From the IMG/VR virus record IMGVR_UViG_3300009502_001060, positions 1-54,155 of that record: a stretch of DNA of 54,155 nt. One strand, 5' to 3'. Under the pieces are notes generated by a model that was not told the DNA's origin, did no database searches, and saw only the letters and a list, made by a program, of their open reading frames with translations. Below, piece by piece: positions 45,853-54,155 of the stretch; positions within the stretch are counted from its first letter, which is position 1; every line of letters starts with the position of its first letter. The stretch is from a virus (Duplodnaviria > Caudoviricetes). The position numbers and the translations under genes are program-made.

Positions 45853-47790
45853 CTATTTTGAAAATATCCATTCATATTTCAAATTTCCACAGTCCCATAT
45901 TCTATCCCATCCATTCAATTGCATATTTTCCCATTCTGTCAAGGCGGGGACAAATATAGGAACCTTTTTGGATAATATACTCTTCCGAAATCCAAACTTA
46001 TGATACCGAACAGCATATCCAGGCTTAAAATACCAGAATGAAGGAATAATGATTTGCTTATTTGTGAACCCCATTTTTTCATACAAACTGCCCATGCTCC
46101 ATCTGCGGTCGGCAAATGAAATTATTTTCTTCGGGTGGTAATTTCGTATAAAATATGATAACATTTTCGAAGCGCCACCAACGACTAACCCCGCCGAAGC
46201 ATATCTCAGTAACTCATATTCGTCGGTATCAATTGCTGAGTGACCCATAATAATTCTTGGACTTCCGAAGGTCATTACCGATATCAATTCGTTATTATAA
46301 AATAATCCGACATTTACTTTAGATGGGCATCTTCCTTGTATATGATATTTTTCCAAAAAAATTGTAGAATGCTTTCCTGTTATCTCTTCAATTTTACACT
46401 TCCTAGCATACAACTTATTAACTGACTTACAGAATAAATGATGTAGTTTATTTTTAACTATCTCTTTCTTATTGTTCCATTCATCTTCAAATATAGTAAT
46501 AAGTTGAATTCCGTTCATATGGCATCTTTCCATTTTGTTAAGATGATATAATTTATTCTTTCCTCCTCCCATCTCCGAATGCCAAAACAATCCATCATAT
46601 TCTATGGCAATTTTAAAGGATGGAACATATATGTCCAATTCCAAGTTTTTTAATAAACTTCGGTCGCGGGAAATAACATTTTCCATAGGAATTAAATGTT
46701 GTATGTAATCCAGAATTTCTTTCTCGGCATAGGAATATCCTGCTATATTTGGAAAACACACCAAACATCGGGGATGACCATTTCCGTCAAAATGGTCGTC
46801 AAATATATTCCCACATTTCTGACATCTAACCTTATATCGATGCTGATAAGATAAATCTATAAATTCATCCTCAGAAAACAATAAGTCTACCTTTGAAAGT
46901 CCACGCTGTAAATCGTATAAGAATTTATATCTTGTTTTTCGAACGGTCTCGCTTGCCTTTTTTCTTACATCCTCAATTTGAGAAGGATATTCAACCCCGA
47001 ATTTTTGTTTGTATTGTGCTCTGACTTTTTGCATTATTTCGTCAGACTGAAACGGATTATTCACACCATATTTTAGATAATATGCTTTTATTTTTCTGTC
47101 TTTAATTACAGAAGATTGCGATATATTATCAACCCCGTACTTCTTTTGGCATGTTTCTTTAATATGATTTTTAACTTCATTCGCTTGCCATGACCAATCA
47201 ACACCATAATGCTTTTGATTGGATTGTTTGATTCGATTTATGATTTCGGGAAATTTACTTGAATTGTCCACCCCATATTTAATCAAACATGTTTGCTTTG
47301 CTTTTTCGGAATTAACATAAGTTGCATCACCATATCGTTCCAATTTAGTTTTTCGTATTTTCTTAAGCCTTTCGGGTTCATTCGATGTAACCTTGCAACT
47401 ACATCTGTTCGAACAATATAATTGATCTCTTAATTTTAATGATTTGAAAACATTACCGCATTGTTTGCAAGACTTTTCTTCCCAAAAATCCCAATTTATA
47501 GGTTTTGTGACGGATCTCGACGGAGCACTGGAAACATTGGCACATTTTGCCGAACAAAATTTCGCAAACCCCACTACGAAAGAACGAAATCCAACAGTCT
47601 TGTTGCATAATTCACATTTTCCAATGGATAAATTGTCTTTATACAAAAACCGATAAAGTTTTTCGGAAAAAGATTTGCCCGTATATTCAACCTTTATCTG
47701 CTCATAGAAATCTTTGTATTTAGCCTTTATAATCTGAACAAACGAATCTTTGTTGCTCCCAATCAGTTTTAAAATTTCTTCGGTAATCAT
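45853..47790 (-). CDS. Hef-like putative homing endonuclease (KYGV repeats, Vsr-like nuclease, C-terminal GNAT-like domain)
   Basis: Zn-binding CxxC motifs; repeated KYGVDN; ELDIY...AIEYDGLFWHSE...IFEDEW; ARKC...GGASK...FADRRWS...RIWDCG. Confidence 0.75.
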   Translation of the reverse strand: MITEEILKLIGSNKDSFVQIIKAKYKDFYEQIKVEYTGKSFSEKLYRFLYKDNLSIGKCELCNKTVGFRSFVVGFAKFCSAKCANVSSAPSRSVTKPINWDFWEEKSCKQCGNVFKSLKLRDQLYCSNRCSCKVTSNEPERLKKIRKTKLERYGDATYVNSEKAKQTCLIKYGVDNSSKFPEIINRIKQSNQKHYGVDWSWQANEVKNHIKETCQKKYGVDNISQSSVIKDRKIKAYYLKYGVNNPFQSDEIMQKVRAQYKQKFGVEYPSQIEDVRKKASETVRKTRYKFLYDLQRGLSKVDLLFSEDEFIDLSYQHRYKVRCQKCGNIFDDHFDGNGHPRCLVCFPNIAGYSYAEKEILDYIQHLIPMENVISRDRSLLKNLELDIYVPSFKIAIEYDGLFWHSEMGGGKNKLYHLNKMERCHMNGIQLITIFEDEWNNKKEIVKNKLHHLFCKSVNKLYARKCKIEEITGKHSTIFLEKYHIQGRCPSKVNVGLFYNNELISVMTFGSPRIIMGHSAIDTDEYELLRYASAGLVVGGASKMLSYFIRNYHPKKIISFADRRWSMGSLYEKMGFTNKQIIIPSFWYFKPGYAVRYHKFGFRKSILSKKVPIFVPALTEWENMQLNGWDRIWDCGNLKYEWIFSK

Positions 47791-47885
47791 AGTATCCCTA
47801 CCAGTCACATCTTCACCCATAAGTATGAACCAATCCAAAGAAAATGTCAAATGATTTCTCCGAAGAAAAACGAAACCGATATAAT

Positions 47886-47916
47886 AAAAAATCTCCCCGT
47901 ATAGAGGAGATTTTTT
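47886..47916. terminator. Bidirectional rho-independent terminator downstream of the tail tube gene
   Basis: aaaaaatctcc-ccgtataga-ggagatttttt. Confidence 0.8.
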
Positions 47917-47985
47917 GAATCTTGTTTTTTGAATATATAATTACACAATCAAAATCAGTGTAAGTTCCTAATAATCAACAGCATA

Positions 47986-48477
47986 CTAAAATTGAAGTAT
48001 CGCATAATCAAAACTCAGACCGAGGGTTACTATTACGGGTTCGCCAGCATCAGTCCATGTCAAGCTACCACCGTCATAGGAAGTTGGAAAGGCACCTTTC
48101 AGTGTCCATTCTTCTACTTTATCGCCTACGGGTCCGAGAACATCGATGGTGCATTCTTTTTTATAAAAGTCTTGGTAGCCGTCTCGTCCAGTTACAGATT
48201 CGTGTGAGAGACGGAACCACTCAAATACGGTTTGTGTAGCTGAGGGTACAACTGGATCATAAAGTTCCAACGTCATTGCTTCCCACACTGATTTACCTTT
48301 GTAGAACCATTGGAGGTTGATATAATCAATTGTCTTGCGTTCTTGGGTCCATTTTGGTCTATCGGTTTTACGAATTAGGTAAGTTGGTACTCCATCTACA
48401 TAAAACAAGAACCGATTCATCGTTTTTGGTTCCCACATTACATAGAACATCTCGTTATTAGTTAATAGATCGGCCAT
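47986..48477 (-). CDS. Tail tube protein (T4 gp19-like)
   Basis: EPKTMNRF...RP...YKGKSVWE..TLELYDPV...EW...YKK..IDVLGPVGDKVEEWTLKGAFP...L.W...LSFDYA. Confidence 0.9.
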   Translation of the reverse strand: MADLLTNNEMFYVMWEPKTMNRFLFYVDGVPTYLIRKTDRPKWTQERKTIDYINLQWFYKGKSVWEAMTLELYDPVVPSATQTVFEWFRLSHESVTGRDGYQDFYKKECTIDVLGPVGDKVEEWTLKGAFPTSYDGGSLTWTDAGEPVIVTLGLSFDYAILQF

Positions 48478-48577
48478 TTTTTACACTTTCTTTTTCAGCG
48501 ACTACTGCCACTGGTTCTTTGTTTTTGCTGTGGAATATATCCACATAAATATAAATAACTCCCCGAGCAGTAATAAT

Positions 48578-48606
48578 TTGACATTCTTGAAATTATATGC
48601 TATATT
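48578..48606 (+). promoter_or_regulatory. Sigma70-type promoter
   Basis: TTGACA-N17-TATATT with TGn extension. Confidence 0.7.
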
Positions 48607-48640
48607 TAATCTTGTTACAATATAAGAACCAAAAACATTC

Positions 48641-50200
48641 ATGAGCAGACCAAAATTAAATCCAAATACAGTAAAGAAGACATGTCCTGTATGCAAAAAG
48701 GAGTTTGAAATTCCATTTCATTTACGCAACAGAAGAACGTATTGTTCTAAAACGTGTTCCCACCATTCTCCCGAGGTCATAGCGAAGATGATTGCGTCTC
48801 AGACCGAGACATTTACGGAAAAATACGGAATGCATCCAATGAAGACGGAACAAACGAAAGAAAATCTTCGGAATTCGGTCATGGCAAAATATGGTGTGGA
48901 TTGGATATCAAAATCGGATGGATGGCGAGAGAAAGTAGAACAAACCAATGTAACGTTGCATGGAATTCCAAACTACAATAATATTGACCAAATAAAAAAG
49001 ACCTGTTTAGAGCGTTATGGGGTATCAAACTATAGGATGACAGATGAGTACAAAGAAAAATACAAAAACACTTGTTTGTCAAAATATGGGGTTCCTCATG
49101 CTTCAATGGGAAAGCAATTTAAGACGGAACATAATAAAAGCACATTTGAGAAATTCTTATCTCACCCTCAGTTTGTCAATTTCAATCCTGTTTTTACATT
49201 GGATGATTTTAAAGGAGTAGCCTTACAAAAATACGAATTTCAATGCAAACGGTGTGGAACAATAAAGTCATATTCCATAGACGATGGAAAATTTCCTATA
49301 TGTCCGTCATGTGATAATAATAACTGCTCTACTTTTCAGAATGAAATCTATGAATTCATAAAGTCAATAACAGGAAACACCATTGACATTCAGTTAAATG
49401 ACCGAACCATTGTAAAGCCAAAAGAACTAGACATAGTTATTCCTTCATTAAATCTAGCATTTGAATGTGACAGTATTCTGTGGCATAGCGAAATATTTGG
49501 TCGCAAAAATAAAGTATATCATCTACAAAAAACAACTACATGCACTGCAAATGGTTATCAACTATTACATATTTTCGATGACGAATGGAGAACTACACCA
49601 GAAATTGTCAAATCAATCATAACATCCACACTTCATAGTCCCGCCACTTCATTATACGGTAGAAAATGTGTGGTTCGAGAAATACCATCTCGGCAATGTG
49701 TTGATTTTCTAAATGAGAACCATTTACAAGGAACCGACCATTCCTCTATTAAACTGGGGTTATTTGACGACAAAAACGAGTTGGTGGCAGCAATGACATT
49801 TTTAAAATCAAGGTTTGATACCAAAATACAGTATGAAATGGGAAGATTTTGCAACAAAATAGGAATACACATTGCAGGGGGGGCATCGAAACTATTTTCA
49901 TACTTTCTGAAAAACTATCATCCAACCTCAATAGTATCTTACAGTGACCGAAGATATTTTGAGGGGCGAGTATATATCAATCTTGGGTTCAATTTTGTCG
50001 GGCACACTCCTCCAAACTATTTTTACATAATAGACAATTATCAAACTATTCAAAACCGACTGTCTTGGCAAAAGTATAAATTGAAAGATAAGCTCCAACT
50101 ATTCGACCCCGCCCTTTCCGAATGGGAAAATATGAAGCAAAATGGATATGATAGAATTTGGGATTGTGGATGTGGCAAATGGATATGGACAATTCATTGA
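48641..50200 (+). CDS. Hef-like putative homing endonuclease (paralog of 45853..47790)
   Basis: CPVC..CSKTC; KYGV repeats; ELDIV..AFECDSILWHSE; GRKC...GGASKLF...YSDRRY...RIWDCG. Confidence 0.75.
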   Translation: MSRPKLNPNTVKKTCPVCKKEFEIPFHLRNRRTYCSKTCSHHSPEVIAKMIASQTETFTEKYGMHPMKTEQTKENLRNSVMAKYGVDWISKSDGWREKVEQTNVTLHGIPNYNNIDQIKKTCLERYGVSNYRMTDEYKEKYKNTCLSKYGVPHASMGKQFKTEHNKSTFEKFLSHPQFVNFNPVFTLDDFKGVALQKYEFQCKRCGTIKSYSIDDGKFPICPSCDNNNCSTFQNEIYEFIKSITGNTIDIQLNDRTIVKPKELDIVIPSLNLAFECDSILWHSEIFGRKNKVYHLQKTTTCTANGYQLLHIFDDEWRTTPEIVKSIITSTLHSPATSLYGRKCVVREIPSRQCVDFLNENHLQGTDHSSIKLGLFDDKNELVAAMTFLKSRFDTKIQYEMGRFCNKIGIHIAGGASKLFSYFLKNYHPTSIVSYSDRRYFEGRVYINLGFNFVGHTPPNYFYIIDNYQTIQNRLSWQKYKLKDKLQLFDPALSEWENMKQNGYDRIWDCGCGKWIWTIH

Positions 50201-50215
50201 CACTTATTACGTCAA

Positions 50216-51577
50216 CCTTCTTGTGGCAAGGAATCCCTTTCCTTTAGGTAAGGGAGGAATTGCCAGCATAAAATAAATAAAAATAATTGACATTTTCATC
50301 TTGGTGCGGCAAGGAAACCCACCTGCTTTAGCGGGTGGGAGGAATTGCTGCAATTCCTTCGGTTGAAAAAATATATTGACTTTTTGTGATTTCTCATCAT
50401 AGTTATACATAGATTGTGAAAACCTATAACGTCAAACTATTATTTGAGAATGAAGAAGATAAACAACTTCTTCTCAAATCTCTTGAATTGAAGAAAGACG
50501 CCTTCAATGCTATTTCCACAATCCGATTTAAGATGAGAAAGTGTGGAGGATTGAAACCACTTCACCAACGATGCTACAAGAAGATTAAGAAACTCCTTCC
50601 TACCATTCCTTCTCAATACATAATCAAAGCAGAGCAGGATGTTGTTGCGAAGTATGAAGCCATACGAAGAAATAGACACGACATTGAGGAAGCACCACAA
50701 ACTGATAGGTTGAATATTCAACTTGACAAACGAATTTACAAGTGGGCCGACCAAACCACAATCAAACTCACCACTTTTGATAAGAGGATTGTTTGTAAGT
50801 TTAACCTCTATCCTAAACTTGAAGAAATGTATGCTAAATACAAACTCCAAGCCCCATCGCTATTTGTAAATGAGAAACAAGATGTAATGCTTTCCATCGT
50901 CTTTAATGATGAAGTTAAATACGAAGACAACAAGAAGTGTCTTGGAGTGGATTTGGGTATAAATCGTTTGGCATCCACGAGTGATGGAAAGATATACAAA
51001 GGAAACGACTTCGTAACTTACAAAAGGAAAATCCGTTGGAATAAACGGAAACTCCAAGCCAAACAAAACCATTCTCACTCCGCAAGGAAGAAACTAAAAA
51101 TGATGAGAAGGAAGGAAACCAACTTCTCGAAAAACTATATCCATCATCTTGTGAATGAGATATTGGTGACTCCTGCCAATACGATTGTGATTGAAGATTT
51201 GAGTAAGATTAAGAGACAAAACAAAGGAAGAAGTTTTAATGATAGACAAGCACAAATACCTTATTATTTGTTGAAAACTATTCTAACCTACAAGGCGGCA
51301 TCACTTGGAAAAAAAGTGGTGTCAGTTAAACCATATAACACTTCCAAGGAAGACCATCGTGGTCTTGATAATGGGAAGCGTAAAGGTTGTAGGTATTACG
51401 GAGTAGATGGAGTTGTGTTAGATAGCGACCTGAATGCTGCTAATAATATAACCTTTAGACATAATAAGAAACACTCCATCTCGTGCTCCGCACTTGATGG
51501 ACAAGCCACCGTCAACAGGCTAAATGTCGGACTTAAACTCTGGCAAACCCATCTCCTTTAGGGGATGGGTAGTTGAT
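50216..51577 (+). mobile_element. Composite IS200/IS605 tnpB element with two tandem left ends (A-type 50216-50299; B-type from 50300)
   Basis: TCAA, then a near-identical copy of the element A left end; TCAT, then a second left end with GAAA guide and hairpin cccacctgc-ttta-gcgggtggg. Right end: CAAA + cccatctcc-ttta-ggggatggg + TGAT. Confidence 0.85.
50416..51561 (+). CDS. tnpB: TnpB RNA-guided endonuclease lacking the zinc-ribbon cysteines
   Basis: RuvC motifs GVDLG / VIEDL / DSDLNAA; YNTSKEDHRG...RYYGVDG replaces CxxC..CxxC. Confidence 0.92.
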   Translation: MKTYNVKLLFENEEDKQLLLKSLELKKDAFNAISTIRFKMRKCGGLKPLHQRCYKKIKKLLPTIPSQYIIKAEQDVVAKYEAIRRNRHDIEEAPQTDRLNIQLDKRIYKWADQTTIKLTTFDKRIVCKFNLYPKLEEMYAKYKLQAPSLFVNEKQDVMLSIVFNDEVKYEDNKKCLGVDLGINRLASTSDGKIYKGNDFVTYKRKIRWNKRKLQAKQNHSHSARKKLKMMRRKETNFSKNYIHHLVNEILVTPANTIVIEDLSKIKRQNKGRSFNDRQAQIPYYLLKTILTYKAASLGKKVVSVKPYNTSKEDHRGLDNGKRKGCRYYGVDGVVLDSDLNAANNITFRHNKKHSISCSALDGQATVNRLNVGLKLWQTHLL

Positions 51578-51829
51578 TTATAATATCAATTCATCGGTTA
51601 TTACAGTTGTTCGTTTTAATAATCTAATTGATATCTTATCTTTATTATAATAACTCAGTACATCCATCCATCCATTATATGCATTTTTAGCTTTTTCAAA
51701 ATCGACATTCCTAATCTTATCATTCCAACTATATCCTTCAAACTGCTGTTGAATTATATACTCCGCAGTTGTTGTACTGTCTAAAATATTGGATGTATCC
51801 TCATTTAACAATTCTTTTAATTTAATCAT
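51578..51829 (-). CDS. Hypothetical protein
   Basis: MIKLKELLNED...; its stop codon directly abuts the IS right end. Confidence 0.65.
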   Translation of the reverse strand: MIKLKELLNEDTSNILDSTTTAEYIIQQQFEGYSWNDKIRNVDFEKAKNAYNGWMDVLSYYNKDKISIRLLKRTTVITDELIL

Positions 51830-51856
51830 ACGATATACTTCTTTGCCGCATATACG

Positions 51857-54148
51857 TTATCCATCTAGATTTCCAGCCCCAAATCCTTCTGTCATTGGAA
51901 CCTGTGTAGGATATTTTCTATTATATTGTTCCATTCGTTCTGGTGGTATCGTATTGGTAACATTTGGTGAATATATTAATAAGTTATTAACAGTATTATC
52001 ACTAAGATTACTACCTTTAAGATTAATAATAGTTTTAGCCATCTCATCTTTATTTGATGAATAATATAATAAATTATGAACATTACTATCACTCAAATTA
52101 TTGCCCCTAAGACTAATAATAGTTTTAGCCATCTCATCCTTATTTAGTGAATATTCTAATAAGTTATTAATATTATAATCATTCAAATCATTGCCTTTAA
52201 GATTAATAATAGTTTTAGCCATCTCATCTTTATTTAATGAATAATATAATAAAGTATGAACGTTACTATCACTCAAATTATTGCCCCTAAGACTAATAAT
52301 AGTTTTAGCCATTTCAACTTTATTTGATGAGTATTTTAATAAGTTATTAACAGTATTATCACTAAGATTACTACCTTTAACATTAATAATAGTTTTTATT
52401 GTCTCATCCTTATTTGGTGAATATTCTAATAAGCTATTAACATTAATATCACTCAAATTATTGCCCCTAAGACTAATAATAGTTTTAGCCATTTCAACTT
52501 TATTTGATGAGTATTTTGATGAGTATTTTAATAAGTTATTAATATCTTCATCGCTGAGATTACTACCTTTAAGTCTAATAATAGTTTTAGCTATCTCATC
52601 GGTATCTGTTGAATACGATAATAAACAAAAAACATTATAATCGCTTAAATTATTTCCTTTAAAATTAAGAATAGTCTTGGCCATCTCAACTTTATTTAAT
52701 GAAAATTGTAATAAACTATAGATCATATCTCCACTTAAATTATTGCCTTTAACATTAATAATAGTTCTAGCCATCTCATCTCTATTTGATGAATAATATA
52801 ATAAATTATGAACATTACTATCACTCAAATTATTGCCCCTAAGACTAATAATAGTTTTAGACATTTCAACTCTATTTAATGAGTATTTTAATAAGTTATT
52901 AATATTATAATCATTTAAATCATTGCCTTTAATACTAATAATAGTTTTAGCCATCTCATCTTTATCTTTATCTGGTGAATGTTGCAACAAATCATATATC
53001 CCCAAATCTGTTAATTTTTTAAGTATTAATGGTTTATCCTTAATTGTACCAAGTTCATGTAAAGTACAAGTATTCAATTCCCCACCCGATTTGGTAAGTT
53101 TATCCTCAATCCTCTCTAATAATGCCGCGTGATATGATGTCTCGTATTTAGTTCCCCTTAAATTCTGATAAACATCCGAATCAATATCATCTTCTCTACC
53201 AGAGAAATCACGAACATACATGTTCCTGAAATTATCATCCATCAAATTCCAAATAGGCATGTCCACTTCTCTATCTTCTGCTAATTGCCACATTTCCTTT
53301 TCTTCATAATTCAATGCACCATACTGTTCTGGGGTAAGTCTATCGGGCAATTCTTTTATTCTTCGTTCAGTTGGTGTAAGAGGAATTACCGGAAATGCAT
53401 TTTTTGCTACGGCAGGAGCCAATTCTGGGAATTTATCAACCAGCCATGACAATGTTTGCGTGGATTCTACATTTGTTCTATCGGTATAAGATATCTCTCC
53501 ATCTTCATCTATACCAAAATGAAGAACCATTTCCATATCGTTCTTATCTTTCTTCAGGAAATAAACAAAATACATTGTTTCTTCGTAATCAAAGCGATAG
53601 GTATAGAACAAATTTCCAACTGGTCTTGTTGTACACCAATTCCCGAATTTTCCACCATATCGTTTGGATTTTGATGGATTATCTGCTCGTGTTACTACCA
53701 CATTGTCGTCAGCATATGTAATATCCTTTTTATTTATTTTCTTCCCAAATATTTCAACCTGATTATCATCGGGTTCTACTTTAGGTGGAATTATTGTTGC
53801 AGTATAATCTGGAGATTTAGTCCGCAGCAATTCGGCTTCGGCGCTATCAATTAAATTATGAAAATCCTTAAAAGTTCTTATGGAATTAAAATCGGCGTCT
53901 TTACCTTTCAATATTTCTCTATCTTTAAGTAACATGAATTTATCAAAATAATACTTAAGGATTTTTATAAATTCTTCATCATTATCTGACCTGGGTTCAA
54001 GGAAGAATTTGGTTAATTTGACTGAATAGACGGCATTTTTATCTTTAGTTGGGTCCAAGCTTAATATTTTATCATAATAATCGGATTTATTTGATCTATC
54101 AAGTGCTGCTTTGACGGCATCTTTATTGAGAATTTCCGTAATAAGCAT
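51857..54148 (-). CDS. Large hypothetical protein with a WCT-motif domain and C-terminal 30-aa helical repeats
   Basis: 763 aa; SKRYG...NWCT...F..Y; 11 repeats of SxNKxEMAKTIIxLKGNNLSDxNVxNLLxY. Confidence 0.75.
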   Translation of the reverse strand: MLITEILNKDAVKAALDRSNKSDYYDKILSLDPTKDKNAVYSVKLTKFFLEPRSDNDEEFIKILKYYFDKFMLLKDREILKGKDADFNSIRTFKDFHNLIDSAEAELLRTKSPDYTATIIPPKVEPDDNQVEIFGKKINKKDITYADDNVVVTRADNPSKSKRYGGKFGNWCTTRPVGNLFYTYRFDYEETMYFVYFLKKDKNDMEMVLHFGIDEDGEISYTDRTNVESTQTLSWLVDKFPELAPAVAKNAFPVIPLTPTERRIKELPDRLTPEQYGALNYEEKEMWQLAEDREVDMPIWNLMDDNFRNMYVRDFSGREDDIDSDVYQNLRGTKYETSYHAALLERIEDKLTKSGGELNTCTLHELGTIKDKPLILKKLTDLGIYDLLQHSPDKDKDEMAKTIISIKGNDLNDYNINNLLKYSLNRVEMSKTIISLRGNNLSDSNVHNLLYYSSNRDEMARTIINVKGNNLSGDMIYSLLQFSLNKVEMAKTILNFKGNNLSDYNVFCLLSYSTDTDEIAKTIIRLKGSNLSDEDINNLLKYSSKYSSNKVEMAKTIISLRGNNLSDINVNSLLEYSPNKDETIKTIINVKGSNLSDNTVNNLLKYSSNKVEMAKTIISLRGNNLSDSNVHTLLYYSLNKDEMAKTIINLKGNDLNDYNINNLLEYSLNKDEMAKTIISLRGNNLSDSNVHNLLYYSSNKDEMAKTIINLKGSNLSDNTVNNLLIYSPNVTNTIPPERMEQYNRKYPTQVPMTEGFGAGNLDG
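51969..52976 (-). repeat. 90-bp coding tandem repeat x11
   Basis: Recurrent taataatagttttagccat... at ~90-bp spacing; one unit has a 12-bp duplication (SSKY). Confidence 0.9.
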
Positions 54149-54155
54149 AAAGCGT

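Noticed and set aside
50207-50410. 67-aa minus-strand ORF
   Set aside because: Lies entirely in the antisense of the two IS left ends; spurious.
50197-51584. Promoter (TTGACA...TATAAT) disrupted by the second IS insertion
   Set aside because: The reconstructed empty site has only 14 nt between the boxes, too short for sigma70.
51969-52976. Possible CRISPR array or ncRNA repeat array
   Set aside because: The units are 90-bp in-frame coding repeats without unique spacers.
1-54155. Stop-codon reassignment as seen in some large phages
   Set aside because: Genes are full length and densely packed under the standard code, and TAA, TAG and TGA all end recognisable genes.
1-54155. Numerous short antisense/overlapping ORFs in the track (e.g. 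3762..4190, 7808..8257, 43814..44284, 52281..52640), and tRNA/rRNA genes
   Set aside because: The ORFs are shadows of well-supported genes on the other strand or frame with no motifs of their own. No tRNA cloverleaf or rRNA-like segment was recognised in the short intergenic gaps, though tRNAscan-SE was not run.

Overview
AT-rich segment of a large T4-like (myovirus-type) phage genome, standard genetic code, mostly minus-strand. From left to right it holds: a sugar-modification cluster (two NAD-dependent epimerases, a GT2 glycosyltransferase); a dNMP kinase; a clamp-loader small subunit; a MoxR/CobS-type AAA+ ATPase with its vWA partner; a cupin-PAS plus membrane-protein cassette; a replication/recombination block (class II RNR, gp41/DnaB helicase, 5'-3' exonuclease, RecA/UvsX, gp32 SSB, short family A polymerase); and a tail block (baseplate-like genes, tape measure, frameshifted tail chaperone, tail tube). 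Selfish elements are dense: eight free-standing homing-endonuclease-like genes, three cis inteins with LAGLIDADG domains, two split inteins and two tnpA-less IS200/IS605 tnpB elements. The main findings are: (1) recA/uvsX is fractured in its P-loop by an atypically split intein whose N-fragment is only 14 aa; (2) nrdJ needs four splicing events, one of them in trans at the catalytic NAC|SE loop; (3) both fractures contain the same TnsA-like endonuclease family; (4) one tnpB element has two nested left ends with different predicted target motifs. All family assignments come from motif recognition by eye; no database searches were run. No tRNA, rRNA or CRISPR array was seen.
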